Below are positions 48,392-61,539 of a stretch of 64,000 nt of DNA, piece after piece (positions within the stretch are counted from its first letter, which is position 1; each line of letters begins with the position of its first letter). The position numbers and the translations under genes are program-made. The notes under the pieces are model-generated. The model ran no database searches. It was not told the DNA's origin and worked only from the letters and a program-made list of their open reading frames with translations. Source of the DNA: Camelus ferus (lineage: Eukaryota); NCBI RefSeq assembly GCF_009834535.1, contig NC_045696.1:25112001-25176000 (forward strand), given 5' to 3'.

Positions 48392-50809
48392 AAAGTATAA
48401 CTACGACCTTGAGATCATATGATCGATCATTGACTGTAGTTAACTAATAAACTGATAAAGAGTAGATAGGGTTTTAGTCTTTTACAGAGAACTATAATCA
48501 ATTGAAAATACCAAAAGATTCATTAACAGATGTGATGCCCAAATAATTATAGATTTTTAAACTACCTGCAAGACAAAAGGAAGTGTATCAAAGCATTTAT
48601 TTCATGTACCATACAGTCATATTTTGTCACTTACAAATGTGGAAAATTTAAGAAAAAATAGGAGCTTTAAACATCTATTGAACTTGAGCTAAAAGAATAA
48701 AATGTAAAAATATTTTATTAACTATAGGAACATACTGATCTAGATTTAAAATATGCATACTTTGGCTCATCATGTAAATGTAAGGAAAAACATCTTATAA
48801 TATAACATAAAATATAAGAAACTAGAAATATATTGTACTTTAAAAGAGAATTTCATATATGGGATGACATGGCAGGTTAGAATTTTCAATAAGATTATCT
48901 AAAAGTTAGGATCGAGGAATGTCTTTTGTAAAATTCCTTGAAGCTCACTTTAAGCAGTTCAGACTTTTTCAAAGAGGAAAAATTAATGCATGAGACAATG
49001 AGACATGTTTTTGTTTGTTTGTTTGTTAAGGAGGCTATCTAGTATTTACTCCTTGTCCTCAGAATCTGATTATTTGTAGCATTATAATGAAATCATGAAA
49101 GAATTCTGAGCCCTAGTCCTTCTGATTTTCTTAATGCTTTGCTATGTTCAATGACATTTTTATTTTATTACAAATGATGGTCTTTTATAGCACTTCTCAA
49201 ATACATCTATTTTTTAGAAGTTTCTGATAAAGTTTTCAAAGTTCAGTAAAGAGAAGAGTTACCTGAAAAGAAAATCCTTTAATTGACCAGTGGTCCACCT
49301 GGGAAAACAGATTTACTTATGTGGAATTTGCTCTAAGAATGAGCCACAAGAGAATGTTTTGGTAAGAAATGAGGCTTGCCTCTGATTTCCGATAAAGATT
49401 TGAGTTGAAACAGTGTGTGTTCACTTAATCTTGTTAAATGTAGCACAAAACACTAAGTGTATTAGAGCGTGTATTTAAATGATAACAAACCCTGCTGTTA
49501 AAGCTAATAGGAAACAGTTCTTTTCTCATCGGGTTTCCACATCCAAGCATTCCTTTAGATATCATCATTTACTATGAACTCTTATGGTTGACTACAATAT
49601 GCTTTTGAGATGCATTTTTAAGCTTTTGTCTTTCCTTCTTCCTAAGCAGTGGTTTCCTTTTTTGTTAAAGTGATAAATTTGAGGGACAGCACTCTGCTCA
49701 AAGGAGTATCTACTAATGCAAAATATATAAATATTTATACCTAAGAAGATAATAATCATTGAAAAATAATAACTGGATTTAGTAATGATGATAACAGGAA
49801 TTAAAATATTGAGACTAGCTTTTTCTATTGAAGATTGTTTTCTGCTTTGAACTGTTGCATCTGACTCTTTCTATGCCTCAATAGAAAAAAAAAAAAATTA
49901 AAGTAGCTTTATTCCTGTGTGCATAGCCTTATTGAGTTGGGCTTGGCTTGGGGGTTACGGGGTCGAGGAGGGTGGTCCTTCCAAGGGATCATCCGATTCT
50001 TAAATTCTTCATCTTTTTCCTCTAGGAGGGTTAGGTTCACTCTGCCTTAAGGCAGAGCGATGAACTCTCAGGAAGCCTTCCAGCCTTCAGCAACTGTAAA
50101 GTATAAAGCATTTATAAAAACTTTAGGACACTTCTTGAAATAATATAGTTATAAAAGATAAACAGTCCCTGAAGCATTTTCTGCATGGAAGAACCAATAT
50201 TGTTTATTACCACTCTGTTAAATTTAACAAGAAAAATATCATGTGAACATTGAGAAGTTTGTTTCCAAACTCACATTAGAACTAATGGAAATGGCTGTGT
50301 TCTTCCAAACATCAGTTAGATGTGTATCCAAGGCTTAAGAGCTCGTTATAAAACAACCATCATTGATTCTTTTTCGTGGTTATTAAAGAATAACATGCTA
50401 GATGCCTGTCTTATTAAATTTCATTCTAATTTATTTGAGCAATAGAACTGACATGAATAGCTGACTTACTGCATCATTTTGGCTTCTTCCCTCTAATAAT
50501 AATGAATGTGAGCTATATTTTATTGTGCCTTGATCAGGCAGCTTTTGACTCTATCAACTGACATTCAGTAATCAAATAAAAGTAATCCTCCAAAAAGAGT
50601 CCTGTTTGGGGGAACAGAAGTAAAAGCTGCAGTGTATTTACATAGAGAAATTATGACATGCTTAAACAGAAAATATTTGGAATAACCTAATCCTGCCTTT
50701 CTGTTACTGCATTGAAATATACGAGCTGAATCAATAATTCAGACTAATTCAGATCAACTACACCAGTTCCAGTTTTGTGGGTAAAAAAGTAAATAAAGTT
50801 TAAGGGTAA

Positions 50810-50990
50810 TAATAGCTGGATTTCTTCATTCCAGGCACTATTTTGTTTGCTTTGTTTGTATTAACTAATTTAATCCTAAAGCCACCTTGTTATTATCTTC
50901 ATTTTACTGATGTGGAAGTAAGCCCCAAATGGTGAATTGGTGAGCAGTCAAATTAGGGCACAAATGCTTTCTGTCACTGTGTAGCTCACC
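50810..50990 (-). mobile_element. MIR fragment
   Basis: CCAGGCACTATT...TTTAATCCT...TTATTATCTTCATTTTACTGATGTGGAA. Confidence 0.6.
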
Positions 50991-51899
50991 CTCTAAACTT
51001 CTACATCATGCACATCCTGTCAGTAACTACCTGTGTCTTTCCTGAGATTTCCTTCTTAATAGGATGTCTTCCTCCCTAATTCTACATGTTGAAAATCTGT
51101 CCAAAGTTACAGAGCTAATTAGTGGATTCCTAAGGAGAATACTTATATCTTTCACTTCATAATTTTGTTGTTTTTCCTATTATGTTTCAGTACACCTAGA
51201 TGCTGGTTCTCCTTCGGGGATGGGAGAAGGAGACAAAGGTCAACAAAGTAATATTTTGATTATAATATCACAAAAATGCACATTTGTCTTTGTGCAAAGA
51301 CTCTGTGAGATGTATTATAAGAGAAACAGTAATAAGAGCGATTATATTTTAATGGGAGAGCTAACTAAGACTGTTAACAAACAAAATATTAAACATTCAA
51401 ATTTAACTTAGAAAATTGCTAAGACCTAAATATATATATTTCAGACATTAAAAGAGTTCCTTCTGGCTTTACTAATCATGAAATAATAAAGTAAGTGATA
51501 GCCATTTTGGCCCTTAAAAATGTATATAATTTTGACAGTAGATCTCAGAAGAAAAGACATTCGAATCACAGGTAACTGTGTGAAAAACTGGGAAAAGACA
51601 AGTAATAAGGTTCAGTAAAAACATAAGATAGGGATAGAGAATGAGTAGAAAATAATTTGGAAAGCAAGTGGAATTATATCCAATTATGTCTAACTTTAGA
51701 ACTTAAGACATATTATGTAGGCTTTATGAGATAAACTGGAGGATATATTAGATATTTAGAACTAAGTGGTATCTGAGTCCAGTACAGAAATCAGAAATGT
51801 CTAATTGAAGAATCTCAAGGTTGGTTTGGGATGGGAGTTAAGGGAGAACAGCTTTGTCCAGTATAAGTTTTCCTGGAAAGATAAAAGTAGAATTACACT

Positions 51900-52012
51900 C
51901 AAATAGAATGTAAGTACTCTGAAGGCAGGGACATTATACATTTTGTCTCCTCAGCCCCTAAAAGTGTACATGTTTTATAGTAGGTACTAATATATGTTGG
52001 TTAAATGAATGA
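51900..52012 (+). mobile_element. L2 3' end
   Basis: AGAATGTAAGTACTCTGAAGGCAGGGAC...TAGTAGGTACT...ATATGTTGGTTAAATGAATGA. Confidence 0.75.
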
Positions 52013-52289
52013 GAAGGTCAGGAGTCTTAAGCTTAATACCTAAACAGGAAAGGCATTCACAGCTTGGTACCTGAGGGGATCAAACAAAAAATACAAGTGG
52101 AATAATAAATTGTTTCAGCAAAATGTCCAGAAAAGAAGCAATGAAAAGAGTCAAGCAGCATGTGATAGAGTTCCTAACACAAGGCATAGCATAAGCACTC
52201 CATAAATATTGCCTGAATTACAGAATGCAATGAAACCTAGCCCCCAAAACCAGCAATCACATTGTTAACTGTGATTTAACAGGATTAAT

Positions 52290-52860
52290 ACAGTTAAAAT
52301 AGAAGATGAATTGGATGTGGCAGAAGAGGCCACAGGCAGAGAGAGTAGTTAGGGGTCGTTTGAGATCTCAGGAGTGCCACACTGGAGTAACTGGGAGGAT
52401 AGAACCCATGGAATTTGACAGCTAATTGAAGGTAGAGATGAGGGCAAAGATTCAATTAGACTGTACAGATGCCATTAACTAAATAAGGGAAGAGCACAGT
52501 GAGGAAATGTGAATCCTGTTTTTAATATGTGGAGCAGAGGATGTTGTGGGACATCTGTGGAGAAATTACAGGCAAGAAATGCAAGATTTGAATTCAGGAG
52601 TGATCATCGAGGGCTCATAATATAGATTTGGTGGTCGTTAGTTCAGGATTATATTTAAATCCATGTAAATAAGGGAGGTCATCAAGGAAGAATGATATAG
52701 AATGTAGGATGAAGAGTCAGCTAAAAGACCGACTCTGAGAAATTTGAACATTGAGGAATGGTAGAAAAAAGAAGAGATGGAGAAAGAATGGCTAGAGAAA
52801 GAACATAATTGGAATAATCCTCTGTCAAAAAAAATATAAGACACTTCAAGAAAGAAATGA
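52290..52860 (-). mobile_element. L2 fragment
   Basis: GATGCCATTAACT, TGTGGGACATCTGTGGAGA, TATAGATTTGG motifs of the L2 minus strand. Confidence 0.6.
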
Positions 52861-52975
52861 TTTATCATCATCTTACATTGTTACCATTTTCCATGTGCAT
52901 TGTTTCATTTAATCTTCAAAAGAACCTGTTATTATCTGAAGTTGATAAAAGAAAGAGTTGAGATTAAAATGAAAT

Positions 52976-53177
52976 GTTAACCACTATATATAAAAATAGA
53001 TAAAAAAACAAATTTCTTCTGTATAGCAGAGGGAACTATATTCAATCTCTTGTAATAACCTTTAATGAAAAGAATATGAAAATGGATATTTGTATATATA
53101 TGCACGACCAGGACATTAGGCTGTACACCAGAAATTGACACATTGTAACTGGCTATACTTCAGTTAAAAAAAAAAAT
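52976..53177 (+). mobile_element. Short L1 3'-end insertion (camelid/cetartiodactyl L1 3' UTR) with poly(A)
   Basis: CTGTATAGCAGAGGGAACTATATTCAAT...GCTGTACACCAGAAATTGACACATTGTAACTGGCTATACTTCAGTT followed by an A run. Confidence 0.88.
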
Positions 53178-53904
53178 CTTGTTTCCTGTGATTCTAGATC
53201 CCAAATTCCTAAAAGTATATGATTCTAAAGCTGAACAAAATGGAGACTGAGCACAGATATTTGGATGTAGGGATAGTGGTATCACTGGCATCTTTTGAGA
53301 AAACATGTTCTGTAGAGAAGTGGAAAATGTTGCTGGGATGCAAGGAGTTAGAATCATTGAATGATGGGGAAGTAGAGGCAATTATTAACACTAACACACA
53401 CAACTATTCTAGCCTCAGAAAGACATTTCTAATCACCTATAAATAGAAAGCGGAGGGAGGAATGTGTTACCGATCTTAAGAATAAAATGATAGACCTCAA
53501 TATTTGAAGTGCTTTAGCTATTTATGAATTTCATGAACCTTCATTTATGAATATATTACAGCAAAAGGGAAGAATTCATCAGATTTTAGAAGAACTTGTC
53601 TCTAAAAATGTATAAAAATAGATTTGTGCTTATCACTAAGCTCTTGGGCTCATTTCAATCAGATATATAAAAAGAAACTAAGGTAAAGCCATTTTACTCA
53701 GACTGGTTTATACATCCCTACATGAATTAATTATAGGTTTTAGACACAATTGGACTTTTAACATTTATGTGCATGTTGGAGATCTTTAGATTATGGAAAA
53801 GGAAATGAACAGTTCCTTGGGTGGTCTTATTTATTGCCATACTTGCAGTTAATTTACTTCACAGTTCAGTCACCCCACACTGAAGAGGAGTCATATTTTC
53901 CTTT

Positions 53905-54030
53905 TCAGGGTTCGTAACCTGTGGAATATGGATAGACTTACTCTGAGCCCTAGGACTCAAAATTAGACGCAAAATGTTGAATCTACGTCCATTTGTACTG
54001 GGAAAAGTTCCATGGCTTTCATTAGGGTCG
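53905..54030 (+). mobile_element. hAT-Charlie MITE fragment
   Basis: CAGGGTTCGTAACCTG...ATGGATAGAC...GCAAAAT...TTCCATGGCTTTCAT. Subfamily uncertain. Confidence 0.5.
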
Positions 54031-55229
54031 CTCACTGCCCATCAATTTCCTTGCTGAGATGAGCATTATCTGCAGTTACAAGCTGGCTTTCAAAAGTAGT
54101 AATTTTTAGAGCATCTTTGACTTGGTAAAAATGACCTTGTCACACAGCTGTGGCTTAAATGTCAAAAATTTATTTTCGCTTCCCACAGCACACTTTTGTT
54201 CCAAAATTTCTTTATTTATTTGAAAATCAAAGTAGTCATACAATTCCTGTGGTAGATGATTTGAGGTACTTTGATTTGATAACTTGTGAGGAAGAGAAAA
54301 ACTGGCTTTGAAATCACAAGGTTTTTATTTGGAGAGCTGGTTTAAAAAAAAAAGTGATTTTCCCTATGTAATAGGCAAAAAGGACCTTCTAACCTTGGAG
54401 TCTGACTTTTTAAATATTTCACATGATAGAAATAGCAATTTCTAGATTCTGATAAACCTTTGTAACATGAAGTTTTCATGAATTGTTAATTTAGAAATAG
54501 AGAAATGAGAGAAATATACAACCCACCAAAATATATAACCCATGGCTCTTAACTGCAATGTTCTCATTAAATAAAATTATGTTAAAATGGATGGCCACTG
54601 AGACATTATCCAGGTCAGGTGAAATCTACGAAGGGGACCAGTCTGGTTAGTAATTCATACTGACTCCAGTGAATTGACTATTCTGCATTTTGTCTTCATG
54701 TTTGTGATTAGTTACCTGTTTTTTTCTTTTTTACAAAAATACAAAATCAGTAAGTTTATATAAAAGTGAAATTGAAGTCTACTACACCATAAAATTTTAC
54801 ACATTAATACAACTACAGGTATATATATGTCTATATATCTATGTCTATTTATAGAGAGATTTACCTATATATAATTCTTTAGAAATAGAATTCAAGAAAT
54901 TTTTATTTCTGTTTATTTCTCTGAGTAGAAATTCACATTTCTTCTAAGTGAAGTAAAATGTTGTATTCAATAAACTATTTTTTCAAAATAATCAAAAATT
55001 TCTAAATGTTTTTGCTTATGGAAAAGATAACCACCAAATTTTAGTACTCTGTTAATTAAAAAAATCACCTATCCATATTTCTCTTTCACAAAATAATCTT
55101 AGCATTTTTGTATCTCTGGAAGCTGTGGGTAGTAACTCATGGAAGTTGGGGGGTGGTGGGAAATATTTCTATCAAGCTTTTATTCATTTGATTTTGAGTC
55201 TAAAGTTGAGTGGCATCCAGATACAGCAT

Positions 55230-55430
55230 GAATCAGGGGAAAGAGCTAAGCCTTAGGAGTTGCAGGCCTGCATTTAGGTCTCATTTACGGTGTGTACTAG
55301 CTTTAACATTTCATGTGTTATATTTGTGCCCTGATCCTTCATTTTTCAAATGTGGATAATAATATCTGTTTTACTTTCCATGCTGATTTGCAGGGGTATT
55401 AAATGTGATTAGATGAAAATGGGTTTGTAA
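55230..55430 (+). mobile_element. MIR SINE
   Basis: CTTCATTTTTCAAATGTGGATAATAATATCT...ATTAAATGTGAT. Confidence 0.55.
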
Positions 55431-56011
55431 CCTCCCTCTTAAAAATGTATACGGCTGCCCCTTGTGGGTGTTTATAACCATTTTTATAAAAACATTTCTT
55501 AAAACTATGTCACCTCTTCTCATTTTCCTCCTCATTTCTGCCCTCTCACTTTCCTGTCATTGCACACACTGTCACAGTCTGGGTAATAATCTGCAATGTA
55601 ATTTGTTTAAGGTCTTCATTCTTTCTCAGTATTTGTTAGCATAAAAATGAAATGACATAGTTTATCCGTATATGGAAGAATTGCACGGATGTCTTGATCC
55701 TGCCAAAGAAGTCAGTGGAAATAGAATTATTAAGTTATAGTGATGCAAATGGGCAAGCAAATCACTGTTTATGGGTTTTCCATAAGCACATTACATCTTG
55801 ACCGAGGCAGACGATCAAAGAGGAGGAGAAGCAGCAAGAGCAGGGAAAGAATCAGGAGGATATGGAGATGCCAGAGCTGAGCAGATCCCAGCAGACAAAG
55901 CCCTTCGTGGTTATAGTGGCTGCAACAGTATTTCTTTTTGATCTAGAGGCTTTAGAAATTTCTGTTTAGTTCATGGAAATGTATCAAGAAGGAAGCAATG
56001 CTCAGCTCAAC

Positions 56012-56347
56012 CTTTTTAAACTGAAATAGAGTAAATTTACAATATTGTGTTAATTTCTGGTGTACAGCATAGTGATTGTTTTATATATATATGTATATAT
56101 ATATTCCTTTTCTTACTCTTTTTCATTATAAGCTATTGTAGGTTATTGAATATAGTTCACTGTGCTGTACAGTAGGTCCTTGCTGTTTACCTGTTTTATA
56201 TGTAGTAGTTAGTGTCTGCAAATCTCTAACTCCCAATTTATCCCTTCCCACTCCCTTCCCCACTGGTAACCATGTTTGTTTTCTGCGTCTGTGTGTCTGT
56301 TTCTGTTTTGTAAATAAGTTCATTTGTGTCCTTTTTTTAGATTCCAC
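56012..56347 (-). mobile_element. L1 3' UTR fragment (L1_Art-like, cetartiodactyl)
   Basis: TTTACAATATTGTGTTAATTTCTGGTGTACAGCATAGTGA...TGTGCTGTACAGTAGGTCCTTG...TTTTGTAAATAAGTTCATTTG...TAGATTCCAC. Confidence 0.9.
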
Positions 56348-57545
56348 CAAGCTTCTTTTTAGAGGTATGAATTACCCATACTGTAATTAGACTTTCACGA
56401 ATGTTTAGAAGTCAGACAATACTATTGTTTAATTTTTAGTGTTCCTAAAGGATTACAGTCAAGTTGCATTTTTACGTAGTACTATATTTCCACTTTGAGG
56501 AATTTCCCTAAGGGAAGGCCAGTAGGAGAGCAGGACTGGATTTGGGTTTTGGTTTTGCCATTATGTGTTTGAGAAATCTTTCATCAGTTTTTTGCTGTCA
56601 GAGCTATAACTGTGAAAGTGTGTTGTCCAAGAGGCAGTGACTGCAGTTGTTAAGAGACAGACTCTGGAACAAGACCCCCAGTTTTAAATCCTCATTCTAC
56701 TCTGAGAAAAATGGGGATAATAAGTCTGATGATGCTCAAACAAACTGATAAGTGTAACAGGCTGATGGTACATGTGGCTACTGTAAATAATCAAATGTTA
56801 ACTATGATTATTGTTTGTAATGCATAACTGGCTGAATTCTGGTACTATTTTAAGTACCAGAGGCTTAAAGAGGCCAACAGTATACAATGACATATGCATC
56901 ATATAGGCAGTCATATCCATTTTTGATACTGAGATTTGATTAAGTGCATATATTTTAACAGCTATAAACTTATTGATGAAAGATGGGGTTAAAAGTGGTG
57001 GCTGCCTGTAGTCAGTTCCCTGAAGGCCACATAAATGCTTTGTAGTTGCATGTGTTCCTGATGTGATGTCGCTTCTCTGTGATCGATATCTAATTTTAGA
57101 CCAATTTCTTTTCTGCAAAGATTTGGCAGTTCTTTAAGGCAAAATAAAAATATTATGGATGAGTTTCTAACAAACAATTTAGTCAAACATTTGGTTTTCT
57201 TGATTTTCTTTTGTCAGACTGCTTTGTGACTAAAAAGCACAAATCATAATGTTTGAATCCATCATGTGTTAGATGTTATTAAGTATTTGGCTTCCTGCCC
57301 TTACCATATGGTAAATATGACTAATGAAAAAAAATATATAGCCTGGCTATCTACTTTTCATCATTTATTTTATTACTGAGTAGAAAAATTTAATTATATA
57401 TTATATATATATGTATATATATATGTGTGTGTGTATATATATATATTCATATTCAACAGAGAATATTCCATCTAGCAAAACTGAGGCATAGTTTGCTTAG
57501 CAAACTTGATCTGTGTCAAAAAATATCAAAGAAAATAGAGAATAA

Positions 57546-58528
57546 TGAGAAGGGTTTCCCAGACTCAGTTCCAGCCTATGTATGTGGAGGCTTCCCCACA
57601 CCAACATGCAATTCTCAGAGGCCTGCTGCAATGTGTCTGAGAATTCAACTCAGTTCCAATGCTGTGTACTCAGAGAGAATCAGATTCTGTAGGCAAAGGG
57701 CTCAGTCCCACGGGACCACCCTTCATTTCAATCACCAGTTTATGCCCAGGTTGTCAGCTGTTCTTCTGATTGACCAGCTACAAACTGGAGGTTCCAAGGA
57801 TCCCCTCCAATTCAGGACGCCAGCCACAAATCCAGTTTGCTACTTGTGCTTGTGACCGATTGCCTATAAATTAGAGATTCCCATGACCCACTTTTTGGGT
57901 TTGATTAATTTGCTAGAAGGACTGACAGAACTCAGGAAACCCATGTTTACTCTCTAGATTACCAGTTTATTATAAAAGGAAATTAGAGGATTTGAATCAA
58001 CAGAGAGATGAGATTCTGAACCAAAGAACTTCTGTCCTTATGAACTGTGGGCAACAGCACTTGTGGCACTTGGGAGCATTCTGGTTCTCCAACATGGATG
58101 CTCTCCAAAAAAAAAAAAAAAAAAAAGGGACAAAAAGCTGCCCTTTGGGTTTTTATTCATTACATAGTCGTAACTGACTAAATCATTGGCCAACAGCGAG
58201 TGATTCAATCTCTGTCCTCTCTCTCTGCCTGGAAATCAGGAGGAGGGACTGAATGTTCCAACCCCCTAAAACAGGAGTTGGTTCACCTAGCAAATAGTCC
58301 CCATCCTTGGGTGGGACCCAAAAGTCGCCTTCCCTGAAGCATTTTCAGGAATGGAGTACTTAAGACCAAATGTTATCCCATTATTCTTATTGCTCAGTAA
58401 ATGCCATGGGTTTTGGGAGCCTTGAGCTGGAAACTATGAATGAAGACGAAATATATCTGAGAAAAAAATATATGTTTGGTCATCTGAATAACCAAACATA
58501 TATTTTTTCTATAAATCTCTATATCATA
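57546..58528 (-). mobile_element. MER21-family solo LTR
   Basis: AGAATTCAACTCAGTTC...GGGCTCAGTCCCAC...GGGTTTGATTAATTTGCTAGA...TATAAATCTCTATATCATA. Flanks are AATAA / AATAG. Confidence 0.85.
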
Positions 58529-58679
58529 AATAGATTAGGAACTTCATGAACAGAAAATAATTTTTAAAATATGTTCATGAGTCAGAAACATATCTTCATA
58601 AATGCCATTTTTTAATGAGACAAGCATGAATCATAACCACCTTATAAATTTTATTATACACACATATAAAGAAGAATTC

Positions 58680-58942
58680 AGACTCCAAGATCAAGGTGCC
58701 ATCTGTATTGATTTCTGGTGAGAGCTCTCTTCCTGGCTGGTAAATAGTCACCTTCTTGCTGCTGGATCCTCACAAGGCCTTTTGTCTGTGTGTGCACACA
58801 CAGAAAGAATTGGGTTAGGGTCCCCATTTCATGACCTCAGTTAACCTAATTACCTCCCTAAAGGTCCTATTCCCACATATAGTTACTCTGGGGGTTAGGG
58901 TTTCAACATATAAATTTTGAAAGGCACAGTTCAGTTCATAAC
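58680..58942 (-). mobile_element. MLT1A/B LTR fragment
   Basis: TCCAAGATCAAGGTGCCA...TTTCTGGTGAGAGCTCTCTTCCTGG...GGGGTTAGGGTTTCAACATATAAATTTT...CAGTTCATAACA. Confidence 0.85.
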
Positions 58943-59002
58943 ATGCCTATGGCTACAAGGAAGGCTGAAGACTGAAGATAAGCCTTGTCATGCCTGGCTC
59001 AG

Positions 59003-59164
59003 ACCAAGATTTCTCATTGGAGGGTTGGTAATTCTTTGTTGTAGGGCCTGTCCTGTGCATTTTATGATCTCAGCAGCATCCCTGGCCTCTACCTGGTAGA
59101 TGGCAATGTACCCAGGGAGAGAGGGCCAAAATCGTGTCCCCATCCCCTAGCTGAGAACCACCAG
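59003..59164. mobile_element. MER20 hAT-Charlie MITE (internally deleted)
   Basis: TAATTCTTTGTTGTAGGGCCTGTCCTGTGCATT...AGCAGCATCCCTGGCCTCTACC...TGAGAACCAC. Confidence 0.85.
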
Positions 59165-59392
59165 CCATGCCTTGGTATTGGATTTGTTGCCACCTTGAAC
59201 AAAATACAGGATCTATCAGTGAAGACATTAACATATTATGAAGGAACAGATTACAAGGGTAAATTGTAGGATAGACAATTAATGGGACAATCCCATACCT
59301 GCCACTCAACTTTTCCTGTTGGATTAAATACCATTTATTTTTTTCTAAAAACATATTTAATAGTTCTTTCAATTTGAGACAAGGAAGGAGAT

Positions 59393-59865
59393 TGTTAACG
59401 AAATTTTCAGAAATGGAGACCTGATTGAAATTAAAAAGTGTTTACTGAGGATTTACTAGGACTGCAGCCCAGGAGACATAAATTCAAGAAGCACTTGAAT
59501 TGTATTCAGCCTGACTACAAAATAGAAGAGGCTTATAAAGGCAAAAACCTGCAAAGTTACATTTAGTTACATGGCTTGTTTATAAAGAATTATTGGAACT
59601 GTTACAAAGTAAGGGTGCTTCTTAGTTAAGGATTGGTTGGGGTCCAAAGTGGTTGCATAGTTACAAGGGGAGAATTTTGGGCCATAAGGTTGCAGCTGGC
59701 AGGTATTGTTCTGAATATTCCTGGTGGTGTCCTTGGGTCTGGATCAGTTCAAAGAAAGTTCAGGTTTTTAGTGGTGCAGAGACGTGTCCTAGACCAGATC
59801 CTCAGTGGCCGACCAACTCCATTTCTGTATGCCTGAACTGTGACCATGATCATTTCAATTTGTCA
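59393..59865 (-). mobile_element. ERV1-class solo LTR (subfamily not recognised)
   Basis: TG...CA termini. On the minus strand CCAAT (~59632), TATA-like (~59535) and AGTAAA (~59441) occur in U3-R order. Confidence 0.65.
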
Positions 59866-60829
59866 TAAGAATGAAAGTCTAATTTAATGCATATAAATGG
59901 ATGACATTATAATTAGTCAAACAATAAAACCAAGGCTACTGTATCCAGGCTATCCAGAATGGAATTATGCCGGGAAGGCCATGATATGGCTGAATCTGTC
60001 TTCACCTAGGATCCAGACTAAATGTTGCTCTCTTCCAGAAAGAGTAGAATAAAAAACCTTCAGATTATAGCACAATAACCAAACCAGAGATAACATCCAT
60101 TGCCCATGGGTAACAAAGGATGAAAGATGTTGACAACTCCACCTTCTAGTAAGTCAATGACAGACTACAATGATGTGACCCAGGCTTCCTTCCCTTTCCT
60201 CACTGTCTCCCTCCCCCTCCAATCTACTGTAGGAATGAACTTTAGTGGTCAGGAAGTACTCCTCTGGTCTCGGTTGATTATTTGAGTGTTGGCTTTAATT
60301 CCTAGCATCAGAGCTGACCGTGCAGCCTGCCCTGGTGGAAGCCATTGTTCCTCCTACCCTTTCTTACCCCAGGACTGGATATGACATGGATGTCTGCACT
60401 GTTACACTCTCGCTCAGTATTGTACCTGGAAAAATTATTTGAACTAGTTGAAACTTTAATTCCATTGTTCCCGCTAGTTTTTATACCCTGTTCATCAGCT
60501 TTAAGCGGGGATGATCCCATACATAGTTGAGACTCCATGCTTACTGTAATTAGTCCCTTACAGTGAGTTCCCATTTGCTTGCTTCTTTCTCCTCCACCTT
60601 ACTTGCTGGCGAAACTCTGACCCTGGATCCACCTAAACTCTTACTTTTCCTTAATTGTATCCTAATGGTAAACCATTTATTTAAACAATTATTCAACAAG
60701 ACTGATTGTTGTACTTAAAGTTCATGATCACGGACCTCAAATGTTGTATTATGTTTTTTCAGCAGGCTCACTTTTCCTCACTCCAGGGTAACTATTTCAT
60801 ATTTTTTCTTTCCTCTGACTATGCTTCCT

Positions 60830-61248
60830 GGAAATCAGGGTCTGTCATCAGCAAAATCCCCAATGTGTCCACTCTTTTCCCAAGGTCCTCATACATCCTG
60901 TTCTAAAAGAATACTTTTTCCCTATCTAGTTCTCTAATCTAGAGAATATCTCTGCTATTTTAAATGTCTCTGACATTTTTTATAGAATCCACCTGATTAG
61001 GCCAGTCCTACCTAAATAATCCTTGTAGGATTATCTTAAAGCTAATTTTTAGAGAATTAACTACATCCACAAAATCTTTTTACTTTTTCCTAGCAGGGTA
61101 ACCCAATAGGAGTAATATCCCATCATATTCATAGTCCTCATTCCCATTCAAGAGGAGGAATTACATTAGGTGCATGAGTGGAGGGTGATGGTGGGGGAGA
61201 GAGTAAGTGGGAATCTTGGTACCATCTTAGAATTCTGTCCTTACCACA
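60830..61248 (-). mobile_element. MLT1F/G-like LTR fragment
   Basis: CACCTGATTAGGCCAGTCCTACCTAAATAATC...GTGGGAATCTTGG...CATCTTAGAATTCTGTCCTTACCACA. Confidence 0.75.
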
Positions 61249-61539
61249 CACACCACTGGCCAAGACCTAGATAGAAAACTTGAATTAAAAGTAATAATTA
61301 TACTTAATTGAAATAAGTTGGGTTTGTATCATGAATTCATGATGCATACTTAATTTAAAAGTTGCAGGTTACATAGAGTTACCCTGATGTAAAAGTGAAT
61401 GAATATAATGTTCAACTTTTTATTAATTTCAATAAGTAAAGGGTATGTTCTTATACATATGCATGTTTTGTTTAATGTGTCCTTATTTATGTCCTTGTAA
61501 TTAGGAAAAACAGTTTCAGAGATGACTGTTCCACACCTT

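Noticed and set aside
56126..56350. ORF MVESKKRTQMNLFTKQKQTHR
   Set aside because: Translation of the cetartiodactyl L1 3' UTR.
57427..57855. 142-aa ORF
   Set aside because: Starts in a TA/TG repeat and runs through the MER21 LTR; no recognisable domain.
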